A stretch of DNA of 64,000 nt from a bacterium (GCA_963693055.1 OY843751.1:1696001-1760000), one strand, 5' to 3'; positions 40,240 to 50,496 are shown, counted from the first letter of the stretch. A program made the numbers and translations. Notes: generated from the letters alone by a model not told the origin.

Positions 40240-41019
40240 ATGAAAATAAAATTATATTCGCCATCACTGCCATTGGCAGCGTATATAAAATATTTTTGGG
40301 TATTAGAATCCTGTGGAGAGACACATTCCGAATTGGTATATCCTACCGGAAATTTTCAATTACTCTTTCATTACAAAATTCCTTTTTGCAATGTGTTTGC
40401 AAACGGAACGAAAATACCGCAGGCACAGTTCCTGGTGTCGGGACAGAAATCCAGTTATTCCAATGTAATGACATATCAGCAGCATGGCGTTGTTGGTGTG
40501 GAGTTGTATCCTTTTGCTGCATTTGCATTTTTCCCGTTTCCGTTATCTGAATTTTTAAATCAGGCTCCAGAGTTGTCAGATATTTACAGTGATTGGAATC
40601 ATTATATATGGGAATTCCTGGATTGTGAGAACGCACAGGAACGTATTCAAATAGTTGAATCCTTTCTGAACAGCAAATTGTATAAAAGTGATCAAAGGGA
40701 TTTTAGACTGGTACAATCCTGTTTGGTTGAAATGGCGAAGGAAAATGGTCAGATTGCTATTCATCAACTTGGGCAACAATACAATTTATCTGAACGATCT
40801 CTTGAACGGTTGTTCAATCAACAGGTTGGGATTTCCCCAAAGAAATATAGTGAGATTTTGAAATTTAATAACGCAATGGATCTGATCAAATCACAAACTC
40901 ATTTGTCGCTTACTGAGATAGGGTATCTGTCCGGATATTATGATCAGTCTCATTTTATTAAAAGCTGTAAGCAATATAGCGGACAAACCCCATCATCCCT
41001 TCGCAAACTCTGTGCATAA
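40240..41019 (+). CDS. AraC-family transcriptional regulator (DUF6597-type N-terminus)
   Basis: PS.PL..YIKYFW N-terminus; LSERSLER.F...VGISPK; LTEI.Y.SGYYDQSHFIK..K..SG.TP. Confidence 0.92.
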   Translation: MKIKLYSPSLPLAAYIKYFWVLESCGETHSELVYPTGNFQLLFHYKIPFCNVFANGTKIPQAQFLVSGQKSSYSNVMTYQQHGVVGVELYPFAAFAFFPFPLSEFLNQAPELSDIYSDWNHYIWEFLDCENAQERIQIVESFLNSKLYKSDQRDFRLVQSCLVEMAKENGQIAIHQLGQQYNLSERSLERLFNQQVGISPKKYSEILKFNNAMDLIKSQTHLSLTEIGYLSGYYDQSHFIKSCKQYSGQTPSSLRKLCA

Positions 41020-41108
41020 AATATTTGATTCCTTTTGTCGGGTTTTTACAATTTTTTTTAGTTCGTATTCCATAATTTTACTGATGTTAAAATGAGGAGA
41101 ATTGGATT

Positions 41109-42317
41109 TTGAATAAATTAATCAAAACCACAGAGCACTATTTAGATACCTTGTGCAATATTATACCAAACCGGGCTGTTGGCAGTACTGGTAACAGAAT
41201 GGCTACGGATTTTTTTCAACAGGAATTGAAAAAGTGGGATTGGAGCATGGAAACGCAGGAATTTGTAGCTATGGATTGGAAAACTGGAGGTGCAGAATTG
41301 TCTGTAAGCGGGCAGTCATTTCAAGTATTTTCTAGTCCCTATTCATTAGGATGTGATGTCACTGCTCCCCTGGTTTGTGCTTCAAATGTTGATCAATTAG
41401 AGACCGTTAAAGCAAAAGGTAATATATTGTTGATGCATGGTGTACTTGCTATGGAACAAATAATGCCGAAAAACTTTATTTTTTATAATCCTGATAATCA
41501 TAAACGAATTGTATCATTATTAGAGAACAGTGGAGCAGCCGCTATCATAACCGCCACAGGGCGCAATTCTGCTCTGGCTGGTGGCGCTTATCCTTTTCCA
41601 TTAATTGAAGATGGTGATTTTAATATTCCATCCGTATATATGACGCATGAGGAAGGAGAACGACTGCTTTTCTTTACAGGCAATGAGGTGAACCTTGTTT
41701 TCAAAGCAGTCCGAATTCCTTCAAGTGGATCTAATGTGATTGGAAAAAGGGGCAAAGGACCCAAAAGAATTGTTGTTACCGCACATATAGATACGAAAAA
41801 GGGAACTCCCGGTGCTATAGATAATGCTACAGGAGTAATTGTTTTACTTTTATTGTCTGAATTGCTCAAAGACTATCATGGAACAACACAAATAGAATTG
41901 ACTGCGCTTAATGGTGAGGATTATTATGCTGTTCCCGGACAAATGGAATATATACGAAAAAATTCAGAAACTTTTAATGATATAATATTGAATGTCAATA
42001 TTGATGGAGCGGGTTACAAGGGGAGTGATATCGCTTTTTCTTTTTTTGATGTTCCTGATAGATTTAAGCGTCCACTTTTAAATATAATGAGCAATTATTT
42101 AGATATTAAAGAAGGTGCTTTATGGCCTCAGGGAGATCACAGTATTTTTGTACAATATGGATGCCCTGCTTTGGCAGTTACCTCGCTCTGGTTTATTGAA
42201 AATATGGAGACACAGGATGTAACCCATACATCAAAAGATAATCCTGCAATTGTTGATTGTAATAAAGTTGTTACTATTGCCAAAGCGATTACAGATTTTA
42301 TTAATGAGATGGGTTAA
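41109..42317 (+). CDS. M28-family aminopeptidase with PA domain
   Basis: TAHIDT, GAIDNATGV, NGED, NVNIDG, GDHSIF, HT..D; TTG start after GAGGAG. Confidence 0.88.
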   Translation: MNKLIKTTEHYLDTLCNIIPNRAVGSTGNRMATDFFQQELKKWDWSMETQEFVAMDWKTGGAELSVSGQSFQVFSSPYSLGCDVTAPLVCASNVDQLETVKAKGNILLMHGVLAMEQIMPKNFIFYNPDNHKRIVSLLENSGAAAIITATGRNSALAGGAYPFPLIEDGDFNIPSVYMTHEEGERLLFFTGNEVNLVFKAVRIPSSGSNVIGKRGKGPKRIVVTAHIDTKKGTPGAIDNATGVIVLLLLSELLKDYHGTTQIELTALNGEDYYAVPGQMEYIRKNSETFNDIILNVNIDGAGYKGSDIAFSFFDVPDRFKRPLLNIMSNYLDIKEGALWPQGDHSIFVQYGCPALAVTSLWFIENMETQDVTHTSKDNPAIVDCNKVVTIAKAITDFINEMG

Positions 42318-42381
42318 AACAAAAAAACCTCCAACAAGATTGACCTGCCGGAGGTTTATGTAGGAGAACAGGAGAGAAAAT

Positions 42382-43098
42382 CTAGTTTTTACCGCCTTTG
42401 CCTCTTGAAGGTGTTGAATCATCAGAGCGTCCAAAACCTACTGTGGTATTTGTTGCTCCACGTCCCAGACAATCTTCCGGGCGGACCCAATCAGAGTCCT
42501 GACCATTGGGGATACCGTCACTGTCATCATCCGGTGCATTGTCGTTGATTCCATCACCGTCTTCGTCAACAAATGCATGCATGCTGCGACCTTTGCCATT
42601 GCCAAAACCGCTTTTGCCGCCAGCTGCTACGTAATCAGCATCCTGACCATTTGGGATTCCATCACCATCAGCATCAGGTGCATTGTCATTATATCCGTCA
42701 CCATCTTCGTCTACAAAACTATTTGCGCCTTGTTTCTGACCATTTCCTGCGGCACTACCCTGACCAGCTTGTGCTACATAATCTTCATCCATGCCATTGG
42801 GGATTCCATCGCCATCTGCATCCGGTGCATTGTCGTTATAGCCGTCACCATCTTCGTCTACAAAGCCTTCACCGGAAATACCCTGACCATAGCCGGAACC
42901 TGTACGGACATAATCTTCATCCATACCATTGGGAATTCCATCGCCATCAGCGTCCGGGGCATTGTCATTGTAGCCATCACCATTGAGGTCCACAAATTTT
43001 ACACCATGTTCAGCGGTTTGTGAAAATACAGAGGTACTTGCAAATGCTGTCATTGCCAAAGCAAGAAGCAGAACGGATAATGTTTTTGATGTTTTCAT
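42382..43098 (-). CDS. Secreted Asp/Gly-rich protein with four Ca-binding (TSP3/EF-hand-like) repeats
   Basis: Signal peptide; 4x FVD.(D/N)GDG.NDNAPD.D.DGIPNG.D.D(Y/W)V separated by Gly-rich linkers. Confidence 0.85.
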   Translation of the reverse strand: MKTSKTLSVLLLALAMTAFASTSVFSQTAEHGVKFVDLNGDGYNDNAPDADGDGIPNGMDEDYVRTGSGYGQGISGEGFVDEDGDGYNDNAPDADGDGIPNGMDEDYVAQAGQGSAAGNGQKQGANSFVDEDGDGYNDNAPDADGDGIPNGQDADYVAAGGKSGFGNGKGRSMHAFVDEDGDGINDNAPDDDSDGIPNGQDSDWVRPEDCLGRGATNTTVGFGRSDDSTPSRGKGGKN

Positions 43099-43151
43099 GA
43101 TGTAACTCCTTTTGTTATGTTAGTTGTTTGTCTGTTTCTGCTTCTGTTTAG

Positions 43152-43166
43152 GCAACTGGCGTGCCA
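43152..43166 (-). promoter_or_regulatory. Sigma54 (-24/-12) promoter of the Ca-repeat gene
   Basis: Minus strand TGGCAC-GCCAG-TTGC, ~55 nt upstream of the ATG. Confidence 0.85.
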
Positions 43167-43239
43167 GAAAAATTTTCCCTATTCAAGTTGCTGTAATTTA
43201 AGGGCTTGTCTGTGTAATGTTATTTTGCTAAAGTTGCAT

Positions 43240-43263
43240 AATTTCGACGTTTTGGTCGAAATT
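43240..43263. promoter_or_regulatory. Palindromic upstream activating site candidate
   Basis: AATTTCGAC-N6-GTCGAAATT, 75-100 nt upstream of the sigma54 box. Confidence 0.55.
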
Positions 43264-43402
43264 GTCGCCGGTATTGTCAATTTTAAAAATGATTTTTTAA
43301 ATAATTATTTGATTGTTTTGAATCTTTTTGCTACATTATGCGTAGCAAGCTACAGATATAATAGTGATATTTCTTGCTTGTAAAGTAAAAGGAGAATTGT
43401 GA

Positions 43403-44203
43403 ATGAAGTATGAAAATGCAAAATTTGTTTATTTTTCACCAACCGGAACAACCAGGTCAATTGTTCACTCGATAGCAAATGGAATGAAAATCCGTAATAT
43501 AAAATTGATTGATATTTCCCAACCAGAAGCTCGATCTCAATCCATGAACATATTGGAAAATGAATTGTTACTTTTTGCAGTACCTGTTTATATGGGGCGA
43601 ACACCCGCACTGTTGTACGATTTTATCAACTCAATCCATGCTAATAATACACCTGCCGTTTGTGTTGTTGTATACGGAAATCGTGCTTTTGATGATGCAT
43701 TGCTAGAGTTAAAAGATGCATTGGAGGTACGAGGTTGTATTCCATTTGCAGGTGCGGCATTTATTGGTGAACACTCTTTTTCCAGCAATGAATTACCAAC
43801 AGCCCATGGGCGTCCTGATGAAAAAGATTTGAAATATGCTGAGGATTTTGGACGTAAAATACAGCAAAAATTATTCTCACTTGATTCTATTGCTTACCTG
43901 GATTCTATTACCTTTCCTGGAAACAATCCATATGGTGGAGTTACAAAGATATGGGATGTCGATTTTATCAAAGTTGGTAACGAATGTAATCAATGTGGTA
44001 TCTGTGCGGACATGTGTCCTGTTGGTGCTATTGATTTGGAAAAAAGTGATTCGATTGATATAATAAAGTGCATTTCATGTTGTGCCTGCATTAAATATTG
44101 TCCACAAAAAGCCAGGTCAATTAAGGCAAGCCTTGTTAATGATGCTGCTCTGCGGTTACATACATTATATAGTGAACGTAAAGAACCCGAATTTTTTATA
44201 TGA
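43403..44203 (+). CDS. EFR1-type flavodoxin + 2[4Fe-4S] ferredoxin protein
   Basis: YFSPTGTT, PVY.GR.P, VYGNRAFDDALLEL, EHSFS; CNQCGICADMCP and CISCCACIKYCP. Confidence 0.88.
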   Translation: MKYENAKFVYFSPTGTTRSIVHSIANGMKIRNIKLIDISQPEARSQSMNILENELLLFAVPVYMGRTPALLYDFINSIHANNTPAVCVVVYGNRAFDDALLELKDALEVRGCIPFAGAAFIGEHSFSSNELPTAHGRPDEKDLKYAEDFGRKIQQKLFSLDSIAYLDSITFPGNNPYGGVTKIWDVDFIKVGNECNQCGICADMCPVGAIDLEKSDSIDIIKCISCCACIKYCPQKARSIKASLVNDAALRLHTLYSERKEPEFFI

Positions 44204-44206
44204 AAA

Positions 44207-44581
44207 ATGGCTCAGGAGCTAATTAAAAAAAGTGAGGAGATGATGTCAATACCAACTCCGGGACAACCGGTTAGAGGATCAAAAACCGGTATCCCTATAA
44301 TGGCACTTTTTGATTTACTTGGCCGGCCCTGGGCCTTGGGAGTCATCTGGCAGTTGCAAAATGGTCCCTTTACATTCAGGGAACTCCAGGAAAGATGTGA
44401 ATCCATTTCTCCTACAATATTAAACAGCAGGATCAAAGATTTACGTAATGCTGATATTGTAGAACGAACACTGGAAGGATATCAACTAACGGAACGTGGT
44501 AAAGAGCTGATTGCTATTATTCGTCCTTTTGGAAAGTGGTCATGGAAATGGGCAAGAGAAGTTTTTGATTATTCTGAATAA
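44207..44581 (+). CDS. HxlR-family winged-helix regulator
   Basis: PVRGS.TG.PIMAL.DLLGR.W.L..IW.L..GP.TFRELQ..C..ISP..LN.R...L..Y.LT..G. Confidence 0.88.
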   Translation: MAQELIKKSEEMMSIPTPGQPVRGSKTGIPIMALFDLLGRPWALGVIWQLQNGPFTFRELQERCESISPTILNSRIKDLRNADIVERTLEGYQLTERGKELIAIIRPFGKWSWKWAREVFDYSE

Positions 44582-44602
44582 CATAAAAATTTGGAGAACA
44601 CA

Positions 44603-45025
44603 ATGGATATTAAAAGTTGTATTGATTTTACAAACGAAAATAAAGTTTGTTATTTGGCAACCACTGAAAATGGTGATCCACGGGTAAGGGCTTTGGGATT
44701 TTGGTTTGCGGATGAAACCGGTTTTTATTTTCAGACCGGTGCTATGAAATCATTGTACAAACAATTATTGAGCAATCCGCAGGTAGAAGCATGTTTTTAC
44801 AAGGCTGTAAGCATGACCGGAAAAATGTTAAGAATTGCAGGGGAAATTGAGTTTATGGAAGATCTGGAATTGAAGGAAAGAGTCATGCAAGAGAGACCCT
44901 TTTTAAAGAATTTTGGTCTCACTGCGCATGATCCTAATCTGATTGTTTTTCGGTTGGAACATGGCCATGCACATTTCTGGACAATGGAAGATAATTTAAA
45001 GCCCAAACAAATGATTGAATTTTAG
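44603..45025 (+). CDS. Pyridoxamine 5'-phosphate oxidase-like FMN-binding protein
   Basis: YLATTENGDPRVR, FYFQT...K..YKQL..NP.VE; ATG 44603 after GGAG. Confidence 0.85.
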   Translation: MDIKSCIDFTNENKVCYLATTENGDPRVRALGFWFADETGFYFQTGAMKSLYKQLLSNPQVEACFYKAVSMTGKMLRIAGEIEFMEDLELKERVMQERPFLKNFGLTAHDPNLIVFRLEHGHAHFWTMEDNLKPKQMIEF

Positions 45026-45056
45026 GGTTTGACTTTTATAATAAAATTGAAAATAG

Positions 45057-45905
45057 TTGGTTAAAATTATGATACAGGATATTTCACCACACAATCTGGA
45101 TACCCTTTTTTTAGCTAATCGTAAAATTGAAAATGATGATATTATTTTCAGTTTTAAAGAAAATGCATTGTTGTTTAGGAAACGTGATGGCAGATTAGAG
45201 CTGCCCCGAAAAAAAGAGTTAAACGGTGTTTCAGATGAAACCGATAAAACATTCCTGTTTACACTTGATAGTGTTCCCTGCTATCTTATATGGGATGAAA
45301 TTCAAACAGAAAATACAGGATTTGATTATCTAAATTTGAATTTTTTCAGAGATACAACACAGCAAGAGATAGCATGGGCCAGCCTTGTGGCTTTTCATCT
45401 AAAGAACTGGTATTTAAAAAACACGTATTGCGGTGAATGTGGAACAAAGACAGTGCAAAAATCTGATGAAAGAGCAATCATTTGTCCAAATTGCAATAAT
45501 ACCGTATTTCCCAGGATTGCTCCGGCAGTTATTGCTGCCATTGTTTGTGGTGACAAAATATTGCTCGCACGGGGTGTCAATTTCCCTGGCAGGTGGTATT
45601 CGTTACTTGCAGGATATGTGGATATTGGAGAATCATTAGAAGAAGCATTGATCCGTGAAGTCAAAGAAGAAGTGGGGATTAATATTTGGAATATCCGTTA
45701 TTACAAAAGCCAACCCTGGCCTTTGTCTGGATCTTTGATGATAGGTTTTATAGCAGAAGCGGATGCAACCCAACCGCTTGAGATTGACGCCAAAGAAATA
45801 GCCGATGCTGAATGGTACACCAGAGGAGAACTCCCTGAGCATGCTTTAAAATTGAGTATTGCCGGTGAAATGATTGAAAAGTTTGAAAGAGGTGAGTTAG
45901 GATAG
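45057..45905 (+). CDS. nudC: NAD(H) diphosphatase
   Basis: Zn ribbon CGECG..CPNC; FPRIAPAVI; Nudix box GYVDIGESLEEALIREVKEEVG; SQPWP.S.SLM. Confidence 0.93.
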   Translation: MVKIMIQDISPHNLDTLFLANRKIENDDIIFSFKENALLFRKRDGRLELPRKKELNGVSDETDKTFLFTLDSVPCYLIWDEIQTENTGFDYLNLNFFRDTTQQEIAWASLVAFHLKNWYLKNTYCGECGTKTVQKSDERAIICPNCNNTVFPRIAPAVIAAIVCGDKILLARGVNFPGRWYSLLAGYVDIGESLEEALIREVKEEVGINIWNIRYYKSQPWPLSGSLMIGFIAEADATQPLEIDAKEIADAEWYTRGELPEHALKLSIAGEMIEKFERGELG

Positions 45906-45937
45906 GTATTATATGTTTGCATAGTTATTTATGTTTT

Positions 45938-45976
45938 AAAAATCCCCGGTTGTAAATCTAACCGGGGATTTTTTTT
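45938..45976. terminator. Bidirectional intrinsic terminator
   Basis: AAAAATCCCCGGTT-8nt-AACCGGGGATTTTT. Confidence 0.85.
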
Positions 45977-46023
45977 AGCATAACATATCTTACAAGATGA
46001 GGATATGGATAGAATTTTTGTAA

Positions 46024-47661
46024 TTATAGATTTTTTTGATCTGCCTGATCAATTGTTGTATTTTCAATATTGCCCGAGTTGAAAATGGTTATGTTTTTTA
46101 TATCTTTCATTTTAAATGTAGGAATTCCCTTTGCATTCTGTGCCTGGATGAAATTAAATTCAGAATTTTTAACATCGTCAAGTATGAATGCGGGGCGCAT
46201 GTCTTCATTTTCGTATGAGACGTTTACATTATGCAGTTCAATGCCATCAACATGGCGCATATAAAATCCATAGGCCGGGATATCACCATACATGCGGGGA
46301 TCCGGGTAACCATCTTCCATTTCAGGAACCTCAATGTTGCCTTGTTCTTTGGGAGCGCCGCCCTTGACATAAATCTGGATGTTGCTCATTTTTACGTCTG
46401 TAACATCATGGCCGGGAATGCCCATAATGAGCACGCCGTAACGGGGTTCAACATTATGCACAATCACATTGCTGATATTGATACGTCTCATTGTTCCGAT
46501 GGGAGTGTTCTCCGGAGCACGCATGCGTCTACCAACTCGCAGAAAAAAGGGAGCGTTGGTGATATTACGCATGGTGATATTGGAGATAGTTACATCTTCT
46601 AAAATACCACCATCAACGGTTTCAAGTGCCAGGCCGCGGCAGCGATCAAATACACAGTTGGATATGGAAATGTTTCTAAAGCCGCCATTTGATTCCGTAC
46701 CCATTTTAATTCTTCCGGTCATTCCACCTTTGTCAGGTGCAAGTTCCTGAGTGGTTTGGAATGTACCATCCAGAAACGTACCGGGATCATAACCCATAAC
46801 CTGGCAATTGGTAATGCTAAGGTTTTCTGTTGAACGAAACATGCCTAATGCAAATGTACTTTTCAATACAATTGCGTCATCATTTGGTGTATTGACGGTG
46901 CAATTGGAAATACGAACATTATGACAGCAGTCGATATTCAGACCATCGCGATTTGTGTCAATTTTAACATTATCGATAGTCATATTGTCAATACCGGTTG
47001 CAAGAACGCAAAAGTGCCCACACAGTAGAAAGGATACATCTTTGATGATTACATTTCTGCATTGTTTAAGAGCAATAGCCTTGTTTCCATAATCATTGTA
47101 ACGACTGAGATCAACAGGCTGGTCTTCACGAGGACGTTCAGGTCTGGGTCGTTCTTCGCCCGGTTTTTGTTCTCTTTGCTGCTGTTCGCGTGGACTAAAA
47201 GGACGACCACCCCAACGTGAGAGCCCTTTGCTGCCATCAATAAGGCCGGGACCTGTTATGGAAACATTGACCAGATTTTCTCCCCACATCAGACTGTTGC
47301 GCCAGTGACTGTGACCAAAATCCTGATATTTATGCACATCACCCCATTTATTGGTCTCAGGATGATCATAGCCGGGTTGACCTTCGACAGTTTCTGCTGC
47401 CAAAAGAACAGATCCCTGGTCCAGATAAATGGTAATGTTGCTTTTTAAATGTATGGAATAGCTTTTATATGTGCCAGCCGGGAAAAAGACTGTACCGCCA
47501 CCGGCTTTTGATGCCGATTCGATAGCCTTATTGATTGCAGGCGTATCCAGGGTTTGGCCGTCACCAACGGCCCCATAATCTTTGATATTATAAAATGCGG
47601 TACCCGCGTGCAGTGTAGTACAGAACAGGATAATCAGAAATGTAGATATATACTTTTTCAT
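46024..47661 (-). CDS. GH28 glycoside hydrolase (polygalacturonase/rhamnogalacturonase-like), secreted
   Basis: YGAVGDG..DT.AIN.AI; NRDG, PNDDAIVLKS, RIKMGTES; parallel beta-helix pattern. Confidence 0.88.
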   Translation of the reverse strand: MKKYISTFLIILFCTTLHAGTAFYNIKDYGAVGDGQTLDTPAINKAIESASKAGGGTVFFPAGTYKSYSIHLKSNITIYLDQGSVLLAAETVEGQPGYDHPETNKWGDVHKYQDFGHSHWRNSLMWGENLVNVSITGPGLIDGSKGLSRWGGRPFSPREQQQREQKPGEERPRPERPREDQPVDLSRYNDYGNKAIALKQCRNVIIKDVSFLLCGHFCVLATGIDNMTIDNVKIDTNRDGLNIDCCHNVRISNCTVNTPNDDAIVLKSTFALGMFRSTENLSITNCQVMGYDPGTFLDGTFQTTQELAPDKGGMTGRIKMGTESNGGFRNISISNCVFDRCRGLALETVDGGILEDVTISNITMRNITNAPFFLRVGRRMRAPENTPIGTMRRINISNVIVHNVEPRYGVLIMGIPGHDVTDVKMSNIQIYVKGGAPKEQGNIEVPEMEDGYPDPRMYGDIPAYGFYMRHVDGIELHNVNVSYENEDMRPAFILDDVKNSEFNFIQAQNAKGIPTFKMKDIKNITIFNSGNIENTTIDQADQKNL

Positions 47662-47686
47662 TTTATTACCTTTCCAAAATAAATCT

Positions 47687-48808
47687 TTATTTTACAAATA
47701 CATCCCAAACCTTGGACATTCGAGATTCACCGGTGGGACCTTGAACATTTAAAACAACAACATATTGTCCCGGTTTTTCATATGTATGACTGGGATTTTG
47801 TTCATTCGATTCGGTCCCATCACCAAAATCCCAATGCCATGATGTGATTTTACCAATGGATTCATCTTTGAACAACACCAGTCGTTTGTTCATATCATAA
47901 ACCAAATGTGACCAATCTGCCTGGAGTTCTTTGGTATATTGCTTTTCCAAAGGCATCAGTTTGAATGCCGCAAGTTGTGATGCATGTCCGTACATGGTGT
48001 GCTGACGTGAAAGGTTCCAGAACCCATTATTACGATGATTGTTTACGTCATCATAGTCAATAATGGCAAAGCAGAGACCGATGATTTTATCTTCCCACAA
48101 TTCAGATTCTATTGCCCGTTGTGGGCCTTCCGGGCCGGCATAATCGAATGGTGTAATCCAGAATTCCAGCACCAGTTTACCGGACTCGCCGGGTTTGAAA
48201 TCATATTTGACACATGCATTTGACCAGGGGAGATCCTTGATCCAGGGTTGTACACCCCAGGCCAGGGTCCAGTCTTTACCTTCAGCAGGTGTAAAAATGT
48301 GATAATTTTGTGCATGTACACCATGCACCGCCCAATTTGATTCGCCTTCACTGATACGATCGTCCTTAATTGCGGCTGCTCCTACCTTTTCGGTTATATA
48401 CATTTCACGATGTTCTTTGTCGATGAGGGGGCCGCCGGAAGCATCTGCATCTATAACAATCTCGAACGTGTCATTATGCAGGCCCGGTTGCGCAAAATCC
48501 CAGTAATCGTCATAGGCTTCATAGAGAAAATAGAGTTTGTTCATGCCTTTGACCCAGCCAACTTTGACTTTAATGTCGAGAGTTGAGGGATCAGGGTTTG
48601 GGTATTTTCCGTTATCATCCACAAGCTGTTGCGTGTCAATGATATAAGATGCGGGTACCATATCCCAATCCGAGATATCACCATCAATACGTGGAATCAT
48701 ATTGGGCGGGAATTGAAAAACCTGAAATGTGGTATCTTGTCTTTCTAATCCCAATACCAGATTGAAGGAAATGAGAGCCAGAATAGATAAAATTTTAATA
48801 AATTTCAT
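47687..48808 (-). CDS. Secreted CBM9/DOMON-like sugar-binding domain + PKD protein
   Basis: PRIDGDISDW, LYFLYEAYDD, DTFE..IDAD.SGG, LEF.I.PF; PKD WHWDFGDG..S.EQNPSH.Y..PG.Y.V.L.V. Confidence 0.7.
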   Translation of the reverse strand: MKFIKILSILALISFNLVLGLERQDTTFQVFQFPPNMIPRIDGDISDWDMVPASYIIDTQQLVDDNGKYPNPDPSTLDIKVKVGWVKGMNKLYFLYEAYDDYWDFAQPGLHNDTFEIVIDADASGGPLIDKEHREMYITEKVGAAAIKDDRISEGESNWAVHGVHAQNYHIFTPAEGKDWTLAWGVQPWIKDLPWSNACVKYDFKPGESGKLVLEFWITPFDYAGPEGPQRAIESELWEDKIIGLCFAIIDYDDVNNHRNNGFWNLSRQHTMYGHASQLAAFKLMPLEKQYTKELQADWSHLVYDMNKRLVLFKDESIGKITSWHWDFGDGTESNEQNPSHTYEKPGQYVVVLNVQGPTGESRMSKVWDVFVK

Positions 48809-48828
48809 TTCTTTTCCCAGATTTATTA

Positions 48829-50496
48829 TTATTCAAATCGATACAATTTGACTTTTTGGATTGATGGAACAGCCTGAAATTTTAGACCCGTACCGGTTCT
48901 GTTTTCAGCGGCTCTTGCACCAAGATCATAATCAACCATAATGGCATCACCATTTAAACGGCGTCCGGCAATCCATTTTCCGTTTTCAAAAACACCTTCT
49001 TCAACGCAATCAAGGCCTGCAACTGCCGGTCCTTGAGATGCGGGTAAAAATGTGATATGTACATTTGATCCTGCAGCAAAAAACTCGTCTTTACCGGAAG
49101 CTATGATCAATCCATATCCGCTTTCAACAGCTTCGCCTGAACGCCAGTTGCTTGCCAGGGCTATTGTAACCATGTATCCGCCGAGAGTAATGGATTGTTT
49201 GGGATTGGCACTGTTGAGGATTACACTGGAGATATTTCCACTGCTTTGGGCCCTAAGAATGCTGGGTTGTAATTGTGTCAGTACCTTGTATGCTTGCGCA
49301 AATGGATTATCGGATGTATTGTTCATTCTACCATCAATGCCAAAAGGAGAGTAACCTATTGCACTACATGCTCCCACGGCATAAAAAGCGTTAGCGGCAC
49401 CCGCATAACCGGAAAATGATTCAGGTATAAACAATGGTGTGCCTGAGCGCATATATTGCGCGCAAATATCTGTAAACTCGGGTAGATAAATGTCAGGGGC
49501 AAGAATGTCTATATGTTCTGCGGCTGCTTTCCAAACATCGTGAACATGGGCCTGTGGTCCACCACTTGGATAATCGCCGGGGCGCTTGTCTTGGGGTTGA
49601 ACGATCCATGCGTTTACAAACATGGGGAGTGGATATTCTTTTTTACCCATTTCCGCAAGTTTATCTATGAATGAGGCATAATTCCAGGCCATGAACAGTT
49701 CTTCTACAGCGGGACCGCCACCAAAAACATCACTCCAGCTTCCTTTGGTTTTATAACCGGTTGTTGACCAGGTCTTGATTAATTCGGGAGCCAGGTTGTT
49801 TTTATTTTTTGATAAATAATTCATCAATTTAGTGGGTACAGGTGCGGTAAAACTTTTTTCAGCTTCCGGAGAATAATCACGTGTTTCTCCAATAATGCCA
49901 ACTTCATTTTGTACCTGTACCATAATAACAGTATTTTCCTGAGAATCAATTTCTTTGATATGTTTCATGAATGCAGTAAAAGCTTTGAGGTCTGCCTGTA
50001 AGGTATTTTCACTCACGGGAGTCAGGATCTCTAACGCTTTACCACTCGCTGTTTTTACATGCGGAAAACGTTTGTAATCTGCTTTTACCCAATCCGGGAT
50101 ATAATGTGATTGTCCATTTTTCCAGCTTCCAAACCAGAGCAGTACAAGCTTTAAATCATTTTCTCTTGCCTGTTTGATCATACCATCCATTAATGTATAA
50201 TCGTATTGACCTTCAACCGGCTCAAACTGGTCCCATGATACAACTGCGAGTACCGTGTTCAGGTTCATGGCTTTTAATTGCGGGAAAATAGGTGCATGGT
50301 AGTCTAGGTTTGAAGCAGATGAGTTATGTAATTCGCCCCCCAATACAAGCCAGGGTTGATCATTTACGATCAATTGAACGGCTTGCCCTCTTTTTTCAAG
50401 GCGGGGTATAGTTTGAGCATTTGCAAAGATACCTGCTAAAACGAGAAACAAGAATATGGTTTGAAACTTGAATTTTATAAAATTGTACTTTTTCAT
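48829..50496 (-). CDS. GH35-like beta-galactosidase with DUF5597 domain, secreted
   Basis: LGGELHNSS, LNTVL..VSW...EP.EG.YD, LWFGSWKN, MVQVQNE, VNAW, YPSGGP, PDIY, LFIPE, GRRLNGD. Confidence 0.85.
   Translation of the reverse strand: MKKYNFIKFKFQTIFLFLVLAGIFANAQTIPRLEKRGQAVQLIVNDQPWLVLGGELHNSSASNLDYHAPIFPQLKAMNLNTVLAVVSWDQFEPVEGQYDYTLMDGMIKQARENDLKLVLLWFGSWKNGQSHYIPDWVKADYKRFPHVKTASGKALEILTPVSENTLQADLKAFTAFMKHIKEIDSQENTVIMVQVQNEVGIIGETRDYSPEAEKSFTAPVPTKLMNYLSKNKNNLAPELIKTWSTTGYKTKGSWSDVFGGGPAVEELFMAWNYASFIDKLAEMGKKEYPLPMFVNAWIVQPQDKRPGDYPSGGPQAHVHDVWKAAAEHIDILAPDIYLPEFTDICAQYMRSGTPLFIPESFSGYAGAANAFYAVGACSAIGYSPFGIDGRMNNTSDNPFAQAYKVLTQLQPSILRAQSSGNISSVILNSANPKQSITLGGYMVTIALASNWRSGEAVESGYGLIIASGKDEFFAAGSNVHITFLPASQGPAVAGLDCVEEGVFENGKWIAGRRLNGDAIMVDYDLGARAAENRTGTGLKFQAVPSIQKVKLYRFE

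Noticed and set aside
42484-42996. CRISPR-like array suggested by regularly spaced DNA repeats
   Set aside because: The repeats are ~90 nt, in frame, vary at synonymous positions, and encode a protein repeat; no cas genes are present.
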